Of a stretch of 20,000 bases of DNA, positions 1 through 9,400 are shown one piece after another. Source of the stretch: Limisphaerales bacterium. GTDB taxonomy: Bacteria > Verrucomicrobiota > Verrucomicrobiia > Limisphaerales > SIBE01. Each line of letters opens with the position of its first letter. Positions within the stretch are counted from its first letter, which is position 1. The DNA lies in contig JBGAIN010000021.1 in NCBI GenBank assembly GCA_044225505.1, forward strand, positions 57,360 through 77,359. Direction: 5' to 3'. The notes under the pieces are model-generated. The model did not search any database. It had not been told where the DNA came from and saw only the letters and a program-made list of their open reading frames with translations. Made by a program: the position numbers and the translations under genes.

Positions 1-1
1 G

Positions 2-424
2 GGCACTATCGGAATGTCATTAAAGGCCAAAGGATTGGCCGTTCCGAAGGAGGCAGTCTGGGTCAAGACGGATCCACGTAAGGAACTTGGTGTGATCCAA
101 ATTGGACCTCTGCTGGGTCTCCAGGCGGGCGAAACGGGTGGGCAGTCTGCCTGGGCACGAACGACGCTCGTTTCGCCGGAAGATCAGCGAGTGACTTTCG
201 CGGTCGGGTCCGATGACACGGTGCGCGTATGGGTGAATGGCGAGTTGGTGCACAGCTACTTGGAATCCCGCACATGTGCGCTGGACCAAGACCGCTTTAC
301 CGCGACGCTAAAGAAAGGGAATAATCAAATCGTTCTCCAGATCGGTAACATTAGTGAGTCGTGGAACTTCTGCTTCCGGATCGTCGAAGGAGCCCGTGGG
401 ACGACCCTGGCTGCAGTCCAGTAA
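2..424 (+). CDS. Partial CDS (5' end outside window): C-terminal PA14-like/beta-sandwich domain of a larger protein
   Basis: Frame is open from nt 2 (GTIG-MSLK...). It contains the motif AWARTTL...VGSDDTVRVWVNGELVH...LKKGNNQIVLQIGN...WNFCFRI, typical of PA14-like domains in PVC-group proteins. TAA at 422-424. Confidence 0.7.
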   Translation, partial: GTIGMSLKAKGLAVPKEAVWVKTDPRKELGVIQIGPLLGLQAGETGGQSAWARTTLVSPEDQRVTFAVGSDDTVRVWVNGELVHSYLESRTCALDQDRFTATLKKGNNQIVLQIGNISESWNFCFRIVEGARGTTLAAVQ

Positions 425-706
425 CCAATCGAGTCACAATCCTAAGGACCTCGCTTTCGGGAACGTCAACTCGGTTTGGTCCCGGCGTGCGGGAAGTCTG
501 CTTGGTTCATGCTAGTTCAACCTCGCGAGTGAAGGACCAGGGCCGCCGTTTGTCGTAACGACCGATGTTCGACGTGCGGGAAATACATTGGCCCATTCAC
601 CTAAGTACCCACGAAGCACGCCGTGGGAACAAATGCGATTCTCGCGCGAAGCGGCAACTCCTCCGCGACGCGATCAGGCTTCGGTTTCCCAGGATTCGCC
701 AGGCGT

Positions 707-2437
707 CTAGTGGCTGGAGGTGGCCGTTGGTGGTTGACCCGATGGGGTTCGGTTAGAAGGTGTCTGCTTTAGAGTGTTCTCTAAAATCAGTGCGGCGACA
801 CGGCCAGACTTCCAGCCGGCTCTGACTGAGGCTGGAATGGGAATCGAGGCAGGTCCATTGATAAATGATCCAAGGACAATGTCCAAGTCTCCGTCGTCAT
901 CGACATCGCCGACATCCATTGTTAGCCAGCGGCCACGCATCGCCTCAGGCATGCTGTGCGCCACGAACTGGAGGTTTCCTCTATTTTCGAGGTAAACGAA
1001 ACTCTCTTGCGGTGAGTTGAGATAATCGGGGAAGAACGAGATCGCGGCGATGTCCAGGTCACCGTCACCATCGAAGTCGGCTGCCATGCTTTGGAAAGCA
1101 CCGTGGAGCGGGTAGAACCAAGCTTCCTTAAATAAATTCGGCGGATGATTTAAATAGAGCCTGATCCCGTGGAAACTTTTGTTCGGTGAAATGTAGTCGC
1201 CGCTATCGCCGTTGGTCACTAGCAGGTCGGGAAACCCATCGTTGTTAAAATCGACCATTTGCATTCCAGAACATCCCCAAACAGGCGGAAATTCGGCGAC
1301 GGGCGAAATATCAAACTGCCCTTGTCTGTCCGTTTTGAAAGCATAGATGCCTTCTCGGGCTTGCGCCATAAGCACGAAAAAGTCGGGCAAACCATCCTTG
1401 CGGGTGCTTGGAATGCAGGCGCGAATTGCTCCCGGTCGATCGAGCAAGAGGTGTTGTTCAAGCCGATCATGTCCGAGATTTTCGAACCAGGACAACGCGC
1501 CTAAAACCGAACCAAATTCCGAGACGATCAGATCTTCGCGGCCGTCGCGGTTGAGGTCCGCGAAGGCGACGTCCGTAGGTCGACGCAGTTTATCGAGAAT
1601 GGTTCGAACGCCGTAGGCACCGTTTGTTCGGCTTAGAAAGACGATCTGCCCGGCCAACTGGTCGGAAGGGAAGATGTTGCCGATCAGCACGAGATAAGCG
1701 CCATTATCCTTAAACACCATGCTCACCGGGCCACTGTTGAGCGGCACGCCCGTCTGCCGAACGCCCTTGGAATCGAGCACTTCGAGGGATTTGGTGCGGG
1801 CGTCGCCGAGATAGAGCGTCTGAGTATGTGAGTCGATCTTGACGAGTGTTGTCCATGGCTCACCACCGCTCGTCAGAATATCCTTGGCGCGGAACTGAGT
1901 GAGATCGCTGCGAATGCTTGGATGTGGCGGCTGAGGCAAGGGATCGGTTGGAGCTAGTTCGCTAAAATAGCTGCAGATCGACCACCAATCTTGTTCGGAG
2001 AGGAGCGGTTGGTCTGGAAAAACGCCTGCCTCTTTCAGAATTTTTCCGTCTGGATGCTTGTCGTAATTCAGTTTCGCCGCTCCGACGCGCAACGCCATCA
2101 AGCGCAACGCACCATTTGTCCACGCAGCTTTCGTCAAGTAACGCGGCTCGGGAAACAAGTGGCACGCTTGGCAATAGATGTGAGCGAGTTCGAACCCGTG
2201 GCGCAGATGTCGTGGCAAGTCTGGAGGAGGTTGGTTGGTTAGCGGTGAGGTAATCGATTCGGTCGAGACTGGGAAGTTCTCGGCCACGGTTTGGAATACG
2301 GTTCCGAGCGCAATGAAACCCACGAACACGAGACGCAAGAGATGGGGCGCAAAGTCTAACGGCGGTAGCGGCAACCTCGCCTGGGCTGGATTACCCTCGA
2401 ACACTTCATGGAAGCCCGACTCCACAAACAACGTCAT
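707..2437 (-). CDS. Membrane-anchored/exported monoheme cytochrome c + FG-GAP (VCBS) repeat beta-propeller protein
   Basis: ATG at 2437 overlaps the upstream TGA (ATGA, 2434-2437), so it is preferred over the ORF-track start at 2593. Hydrophobic segment LLRLVFVGFIALG. CQACH heme motif at 2159-2173. FG-GAP Ca-binding repeats DLNRDGREDL, DFNNDGFPDL, DFDGDGDLDI, DVDDDGDLDI. Confidence 0.88.
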   Translation of the reverse strand: MTLFVESGFHEVFEGNPAQARLPLPPLDFAPHLLRLVFVGFIALGTVFQTVAENFPVSTESITSPLTNQPPPDLPRHLRHGFELAHIYCQACHLFPEPRYLTKAAWTNGALRLMALRVGAAKLNYDKHPDGKILKEAGVFPDQPLLSEQDWWSICSYFSELAPTDPLPQPPHPSIRSDLTQFRAKDILTSGGEPWTTLVKIDSHTQTLYLGDARTKSLEVLDSKGVRQTGVPLNSGPVSMVFKDNGAYLVLIGNIFPSDQLAGQIVFLSRTNGAYGVRTILDKLRRPTDVAFADLNRDGREDLIVSEFGSVLGALSWFENLGHDRLEQHLLLDRPGAIRACIPSTRKDGLPDFFVLMAQAREGIYAFKTDRQGQFDISPVAEFPPVWGCSGMQMVDFNNDGFPDLLVTNGDSGDYISPNKSFHGIRLYLNHPPNLFKEAWFYPLHGAFQSMAADFDGDGDLDIAAISFFPDYLNSPQESFVYLENRGNLQFVAHSMPEAMRGRWLTMDVGDVDDDGDLDIVLGSFINGPASIPIPASVRAGWKSGRVAALILENTLKQTPSNRTPSGQPPTATSSH

Positions 2438-5400
2438 TTTCTGACCGTTTCCCCGTTCTCCTGGTTCAACGTAAGTTCTTTCGTCCCCGAAGCGATCGGT
2501 GCCGTCACAATCTTTCCTCCAGGCCAGCGAACCCAAATCTCCGTCGGGGGCTTCGGCATACCGAGGACTTGAACATAACTGTCTTGGGACCAATACCCGC
2601 TCCCTGAATGGATCTCACGCATCGGACCCCACTCTTGCGAGAACCTCAAACGAAGACATGCGCCGATGCCATCCTGATTCTGGGGCAGCCCCTTTAGACG
2701 GACGCGCAACCCAGGTTGAGCATTCATGTTGTGGTAAAGCTTGGTGGCACCGGCGTTTTGCGTCACTAGCAAATCCGCGCGTCCATCGTGATCAAAGTCG
2801 CCAACGGCACTTCCGCGTTGCTCGCCGTAGATTTTGATCCCACTTTTCTGCCCGGAAATGGCTGTCAGATTCCCATTGCCGTCTCCTCTCAGAAGTAGAC
2901 CCCGTCCTGCGTCATACTCGGAGATCTCTGGGCAAGTGCCAAAGAAATTCTGGCTGAGAAAGACGTCTTCCTTCCCGTCGCCGTCAAAATCGGCCACGTT
3001 GATTCCGAACACGGGGCTGAATTGGGCTTCGACGGGGAGCGGTCGCGCGACGAACTTTTGGCCACGGTTCAAGAACAGCGTGGATTCGAGCCAGGTTACC
3101 TCGTGAAGTTCCAGCTTGGTGAGAGCAGGTCCGAAGATCTCTTCAACCCCAAGCTGTGCAAACGCTCGATGGGAAGTGAAACGTTCTCCGATCGATGGGA
3201 TGGCCCTGGCCATGACGGCAAGGGATCGCCACGGAACATATTTGTTCATCGTCGGGTCGAAGAACGCTTCAATGACTTCTTGAGTCCCGTTGTCATCGAG
3301 ATCGCCTGTCCAAAGCCGCAACGGTCGTGCGCGATGGCTTTGATAGCGAGTATTGTTACCCCAATTCGATGCGATGAGATCAAGTTTTCCATCGCCGTCG
3401 AGATCTCCAGTGCTAACACCGTTCCACCAACCTGAATAAACATCCAATCCCCACTGGTGAGTAGCCTCCCGCAATGTCCCGCGAACGTTGGAAAAAACCC
3501 GGAGAAAGCCCCAATCGCAGGCAAGGACGAGTTCAGGGTAGCCGTCGCCATCTAAATCGCTCCAAATCGCACTACTCACCATACCGAGCTTTTCGAGAGT
3601 CTTCGTGTTGGCGGCGTCGAGTTCCCAATGACCGGCCGTTTCTCGAAACAAGAGGGAGGACGCAGCATTACCATACCGGCCGCCGACAACGCGGCCGCCA
3701 ACAAATAGGGCTAACGGACCTTCGCCATTCAGGGCTCCAAGGGCAACTGGACCGACACTAGACAAGTCGCTCGGGAGGGTCGCATCTACTTTTAACGTAG
3801 CGAAGTCGTATTGCTGCACGCCGCTGCCCGACGCGGTATTCTCCTCGTAGGTCGCCGATCCGGCAATCACGACGGCCCCACCGTCCCGGCGTCGCCATCC
3901 GAGGATGCCACTCTGGTCTCTTGGCAAAGTGACGGCGTTGGGCCACTCGTTTCGGGGCAGAAATCCACCTTGGCGATTGTTGAGACGTACTGACAACGAC
4001 CCACCTTTACCACTACCAATGAGGGCATCTTCCCAGCCGTCCCCATTGACGTCGAACCAAGCGACTCCTGGGCCTAATTGACTCAGTTTCACGGGCAACA
4101 ATGGCTGTCGAGCAAAGTCGTCGAAATCCTCGGCGTGATGTTGATGATTCAAACGACTGGTCGCGTCTTCAAATAACACGCTGTCCACACTTTCGGATTT
4201 AGGGGAGCGATTCGGATCGCTTTCCGGGCGGCGGACCGATGACGATTCATCGATTTCGTAAACGCGGTTCGGCTTGGCATGCTCTACCACACTCGATTTA
4301 CCGGTGCGCCAACGCACTTCAATTCTTAGGTCATTGGTTAGCGAGCCAGCAGCGAATGTGCGCATCGCGTCGTCGCTCGATAAGTAACGGCCTCCGCAAA
4401 TCATTTCCTGAGACTGCGAGACAGGACCGCCCAGGACTGTCATGCGGGCTCCAATTCCATGAGTGTTTGGCGCAAGTCCTTTCAAGCGAAGACTGATTCG
4501 CGGTGCGGCACTCTCATTGCGGTACAGCCTGGCAGGCCCGTTCAGGCTATTCACCACCACGTCAAGGTCGCCATCATTATCAAGATCGGCCAATGCCATG
4601 CCCTGAGCGACGCCGACGTCATTAAATCCCCAGGCCTGCCCCGTCTCTTCAAACGTTAGGTCGCGGCGGTTATGAAATGCGATCTTTGGTCCGGGAATCG
4701 GAGGGGTTGCCTTGCGCAAATTTAGCTCCTCCATGGGCGACAGGCGTTTGGATTTGCGAAAGGATTCGATACGCAAGCCAGTGTCGAGATCCATGTCATC
4801 TCGACTGTGTCCAGTGCAAATGAGGAGATCCTCGTATCCGTCCAGGTCGACATCTAAAAAGATAGGAGTCCACGACCATGACGAGGCTTCGACCCCGGCG
4901 AGAAAGGCGATTTCCGCATAGGTAGCGTCGCCTCGATTCAGGTGAAGAGTATTGCGCGTGACTTGCGGGCGATGATCGAGCATTCCGAAGGGACGGTTAT
5001 CCATGACGCGGTCCATCCGGGTGAGCAGGGTCACATGATCCCGGCTCAGCATGTCCAAGGTAAAAAGGTCGTCATGGCCGTCTCGATTGATATCCGCGAC
5101 GTCGATGCCCATCGAGAACTTCGAAGTGTTGCGAAGGGCGAGTTTGGAGAGCGCTCGAAAGTGCCCGCGCCCATCGTTGATCCAGATGCGGTCTGGAGAA
5201 TGGAAGTCATTACACAGGTAAAGATCGGGCCAGTGATCGCCGTTCAAGTCCCGGGCCATCACTGAGAGCGTCCAATCATATGGCAGTGAAATGGGTTGGC
5301 CCGTCTCGTCGAGAAACGCCCCTTCCGTGAACGAAATCAACTGAAAGTGGCCGTGGCCGTCATTGTGATAAAGAGCGCCGGGTTCCCCATTTTCCAGGAT

Positions 5401-6213
5401 CCCGCCTTTCCCGGTCAATGTGAACCGGCCTTCCAGTCCAGGCGTCGACGTGGGGATACCATTGACCGACGTAACGACATGCTGGCCATTGATGACATTG
5501 ACGTGAAATCGCGTTCTCGGCTGATCTCGCAGCGTCGTGACGCGATAATTGCCAATGTAGACGTCCAGCGCTCCGTCACCGTCGAAGTCGGCCAGTCCCA
5601 TTGAAGTGCCGCATCGTTGCGGATTGAGAAGCGCCGCCCGCGTAAAGTGCCCTTTGCCATCGTTCAGAAAGACGTGCGTGCCTCCACCCACGGAATTGAC
5701 AACCAAATCCAGATCGTTGTCTCCGTCGAGATCCGCGAAAGCAGCTCCGGTCGCATCGAGGTTGGGACAGGCGGTTCCTGAATCAGCGGTCACATCCTCG
5801 AATCGCCAGTTTCCCGAGTTACGGTAAAGCCTATTGGGACTGTCTAACCCGCAAAAATAAATGTCGCACCAACCATCGTTGTCGACATCACCACAGGCCA
5901 CGCCCGATCCGTTCAAATAAATCTGGTTGGTCGTGTATCGTTCGATCGACAGCGAATTGGTAAACGTGATGCCTGTCACGGTCCCCTGAAGAAGAGTGAA
6001 ACCTGAATGCCCGTCGCTCGGGACCGTTAAGGCCGCACTGCGAAATGAAACTCCTTGATCCCAACGGAGGGCGGCGTTGGCCCGAGGGCAGGGGAGATCG
6101 CAGTCATTCACGACCAAACAGATCGTCACGAAGCCCAGCATTGTGAACGCTCGGCAGTAAACTAAGCTCCGGGGATTCGTGAGCAATACTCTTACGTTTT
6201 TGTGGAGAGACAT
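2434..6213 (-). CDS. CRTAC1-like protein: two tandem [FG-GAP/VCBS propeller + ASPIC/UnbV] modules
   Basis: Many DxDxDGxxD repeats. Two ASPIC/UnbV-like segments: LRLKGLAPNTHGIGARMTV...GGRYLSS...IEVRWRTG (~4245-4500) and VRLKGLPQNQDGIGA...GSGYWSQ...IWVRWPGG (~2460-2715). Start uncertain (ATG 6213 or 6141); the TTG at 6390 lies upstream of a terminator and is unlikely. Confidence 0.9.
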   Translation of the reverse strand: MSLHKNVRVLLTNPRSLVYCRAFTMLGFVTICLVVNDCDLPCPRANAALRWDQGVSFRSAALTVPSDGHSGFTLLQGTVTGITFTNSLSIERYTTNQIYLNGSGVACGDVDNDGWCDIYFCGLDSPNRLYRNSGNWRFEDVTADSGTACPNLDATGAAFADLDGDNDLDLVVNSVGGGTHVFLNDGKGHFTRAALLNPQRCGTSMGLADFDGDGALDVYIGNYRVTTLRDQPRTRFHVNVINGQHVVTSVNGIPTSTPGLEGRFTLTGKGGILENGEPGALYHNDGHGHFQLISFTEGAFLDETGQPISLPYDWTLSVMARDLNGDHWPDLYLCNDFHSPDRIWINDGRGHFRALSKLALRNTSKFSMGIDVADINRDGHDDLFTLDMLSRDHVTLLTRMDRVMDNRPFGMLDHRPQVTRNTLHLNRGDATYAEIAFLAGVEASSWSWTPIFLDVDLDGYEDLLICTGHSRDDMDLDTGLRIESFRKSKRLSPMEELNLRKATPPIPGPKIAFHNRRDLTFEETGQAWGFNDVGVAQGMALADLDNDGDLDVVVNSLNGPARLYRNESAAPRISLRLKGLAPNTHGIGARMTVLGGPVSQSQEMICGGRYLSSDDAMRTFAAGSLTNDLRIEVRWRTGKSSVVEHAKPNRVYEIDESSSVRRPESDPNRSPKSESVDSVLFEDATSRLNHQHHAEDFDDFARQPLLPVKLSQLGPGVAWFDVNGDGWEDALIGSGKGGSLSVRLNNRQGGFLPRNEWPNAVTLPRDQSGILGWRRRDGGAVVIAGSATYEENTASGSGVQQYDFATLKVDATLPSDLSSVGPVALGALNGEGPLALFVGGRVVGGRYGNAASSLLFRETAGHWELDAANTKTLEKLGMVSSAIWSDLDGDGYPELVLACDWGFLRVFSNVRGTLREATHQWGLDVYSGWWNGVSTGDLDGDGKLDLIASNWGNNTRYQSHRARPLRLWTGDLDDNGTQEVIEAFFDPTMNKYVPWRSLAVMARAIPSIGERFTSHRAFAQLGVEEIFGPALTKLELHEVTWLESTLFLNRGQKFVARPLPVEAQFSPVFGINVADFDGDGKEDVFLSQNFFGTCPEISEYDAGRGLLLRGDGNGNLTAISGQKSGIKIYGEQRGSAVGDFDHDGRADLLVTQNAGATKLYHNMNAQPGLRVRLKGLPQNQDGIGACLRLRFSQEWGPMREIHSGSGYWSQDSYVQVLGMPKPPTEIWVRWPGGKIVTAPIASGTKELTLNQENGETVRK

Positions 6214-6352
6214 TCTGAGCTGAAACAGAGTTCGAAGCAGTAGATCTGCCTTGATCCTGCTGGAGAGCGAACGAGCGAACCTTACACGGGGCTCAAACTG
6301 CCGCAACTTTAGTTCCCGCTGTTTGAAGGCTGCCAACGCGTGTGTCAGGAGC

Positions 6353-6383
6353 AAAAGAGGGTCGGGATTTAGTCCCGACCCTC
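6353..6383 (-). terminator. Intrinsic terminator downstream of the 1001-aa gene
   Basis: Minus strand reads GAGGGTCGGGA-CTAAA-TCCCGACCCTC-TTTT: perfect 11-bp stem, 5-nt loop, U4 tail, about 33 nt after the TAG at 6417. Confidence 0.8.
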
Positions 6384-6416
6384 CGTGCAAATGCCGATTC
6401 TGCTATTTCCGCGCCC

Positions 6417-9400
6417 CTATTTCAGGCGGTAGAACTTACGGCCTTCAGATGGTTGGACTGTCGCCGGACTTGAACTCCCGGCCACGTCTGTCCATGGGCC
6501 TGTCACGTCCGCGGCCGACTGCAAGACGGCTGTGCCAGACCAGACAATGGTAATATTATTACCGTTCCTGGTAATGCTGGTGAATGTGCTGCCAGTATCG
6601 CCTCCGCCCGGAGTCGATGGCGCATAATCTCCGAAGTTGCGGTATTTGATCTGATAGGACTTATAGAGCGATGGATCGTTCCATGCATTCGCATTTTCTG
6701 GGCTATATCCCGGACCGACTAACAGGACAGGCGGACAATTTGTCCAATCGTTGTCAGCAATGATCAACCAGTTGACCCCGTCGACGCTGCGCGCACCGCG
6801 GAAGTGATTCCCAATACGGGCCAGGCGCAGCCAAACATCCGGATAGGTCGGGGCTGCGACATTGCTGCCTGTGCCCCAACCGCTAGTGTTGTTGTCAGCT
6901 CCATCATTGTATTTGAGGCCGACGCGCATGTTAGCCTCAAACGAGTTGTTCGAGGTAAGGTTTTGGTTCGCGTCCGTGCTGTTCGGGTTGGCGTGGATTT
7001 CGCGATACGCGCTGAAGTTGTAACCGCCCGTGACGTCATCGTTTGACTTGCCCTCATCCGTCACTTCGCGGGCTTGGAGACCGCCGCGAGCCCATTGGCT
7101 GGACGGATCCTGCTCAATGATCTGCGTGACGACATCGAAGTCGTTGGTCTTGGGCACATAGACAAAGGTGACCTCGTCGTAGGCAGCCCAGAATCCGCTG
7201 CCTCCGCTGATCACGTCGTAGCCATTGTCACCAACTGGCACAACCGCCGCCGGAATCGTGGGCTTGCCGATCGAAGCCCACTGGGTCGTTGGCACCTTGA
7301 ACGTCACGTTCGTCGATGTCAGGGTATTGGCGGGGGTGTGAGTGTCGGAGATATTCTTCACCGTTAAGGTGTAAGTGTTGCCTTGGGTGAGCCCAGTGGT
7401 TTTCAACATGGCGCCGGTGTCGTTGGTAATGACCGTGATCCCGGTGATCGTGCCGCCTTGCAGCGTATAGTTCGCTTGATTGCCAACGCTGGCCAGACTT
7501 ACTGGCTTGTCGAAGCTAACCCCGACCTGGATTTCACCGCCATGATTAATCGCTCCAACCGCCGCGACAGGCGGGAATGTATCTGGAACGACGGTGATCA
7601 CTGCGTCCGCTGTGTTGGTGGCGCCGGCCACAGCAATGATCTTCGCGGCATACTTCACGCCGCTATCTGCTACCGTTAATTTGGGTGTCTTGTAAACAGT
7701 CGCGTTGGCTCCCGGAATATCTGCGCCATTCTTGGTCCATTGGACCGCGAACTGGTTGGCCACGGGCAAGGTCGCCACATTCATCTTCAGGACAACGGTC
7801 TTGCCGTCCACAATGGTGGCACTCTGAGGTTGCTGCGTAATGTTCGCGCGCGCGCCGGCGTGCACGGCCATCGTCCAGAGGTTCGCTCCGGGGATCGCAG
7901 TGAGCGAAGCCGCCGCCGTCGTGTCCGTCGAAATGCGCCACGCCACACGCACGTAGTCACCACCTCCGCCTTCTTTGTTCAGAACGACAATCCCGTAGAG
8001 CTTGCCCGCTTCCAGATGGATGGGAGTGGACGTGGCCCGAGTTGTGCCGGCGTCCGGTTCCGGAAACGCGTTGCAACAGCCATCTTCCTGGACAATAGGT
8101 GCCTCGACGTTGACATCAGGAAGAGCGTTCGTGCCTGAAGCCGCGGCCGTGGCGTTAAGGAATAACTGGGACGAGTCATCGCTAGCGATGAAGAAATGGT
8201 AGTCCCCTGTGACGGAGGGTTTGATCCATCCGCTCAATCTTTGCCCAAAGTTGCTGAGATCCGGGCTCGTTTGTTCCGCTGCGGCCGAAGACACATAGAA
8301 CGTCGAGTTGGCTGGGCCTCCTGCAATTGCCGTTTTGAGTGTGTCGATTCCACCCGTCCCCGTATCGGAACCGATATCCGTCCAACGTTCGCCCAGAAGG
8401 AAGCCTTGAGTCAGCGCTGGGGGCGTCTTGGCGTCGACGGTGACTGTGGCCACTTTCGTGGTGGTAGGCCCGACATTGTTGCTCAGGACAGCGTCAAACT
8501 TTGCACCGTTGTCTGCCAGAGTCAGATTTGGCGTCGTGTAGGTGGAGATTGTGCCGTTACGATTCGTCGCCCCTTCAATCGGTTGACCGTTCTTGCGCCA
8601 CTGCACGGACCACGGTCCGCTCATATTGACCGTGAAGGTGGCAGTTCCACCTTCGACAGCCACGGTATCATCCGGGCCACTCGTCGCGGCCGGAGGGGAT
8701 GTATTTGCCGTGAACTTACCCGACTTCTTAACGATTTGGACCGCCGTTACGCCCAAGCCGTCATTCGTCCGGTCATTCTTGAAACCCACGATCAAGATCT
8801 CACCCTTAGCGTCCGCGGGTACGTCTTTCCAAACCACGTAGTTGGCGTTCTCATCTCGTGCATCCGGATTGGTGGATGTGGCGGCGACAAAGGTGCCGTC
8901 AAACGAGGAGATCTCCGTGACGTAAAAAGTCTTTGAGCCAACCGTGAAATTGCCCTCAGCGCCCGCTCCATTCTCGGCGATATACAGGTAAACGTCGTAA
9001 TTTCCGGGCTCCAAGTTCTGCCAAGTCAAATGCATCGTGCCCGCCAGAATGCTAAACGCTGGATCGTCATACCCCGGCGCACTGGTCTTTAAAGTTCCAC
9101 GCATCAATCGGTCATTGGGCGTGTCGGTCGGTCCATCGCTATGCCAAGCGTCATTTCCTTGGTACCACAAGGTAACTGGCGTGACCTGGCCAGCATCATC
9201 GGTCAGGGCCGATGCAAAACCCGAATTAGGCACACTCGGGCTCATGTTCCAGTTCTTTTGCGGGACAACGCCCGCTTCTTCGTTTGGTGCCAAAGTACTA
9301 TTACCTTCGGATTCGGAGTCGCCGTGGAAATGGACTCCGATTGATGCGGCGTTCGCGATGTTTATCGCGCAGGCCAGAGCGGCCAGGGCGGAGAGCAGTC

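Noticed and set aside
425..706. Convergent intergenic region with a 10-bp repeat (CGTGCGGGAA twice) and short ORFs
   Set aside because: Only two short copies with no array structure; no convincing terminator, tRNA or CRISPR pattern.
2438..2593. N-terminal extension of the cytochrome c/FG-GAP ORF
   Set aside because: Overlaps the upstream gene; the ATGA-coupled start at 2437 is more parsimonious.
6214..6390. N-terminal extension of the CRTAC1-like ORF from TTG 6390
   Set aside because: Runs through the terminator hairpin and does not look protein-like.
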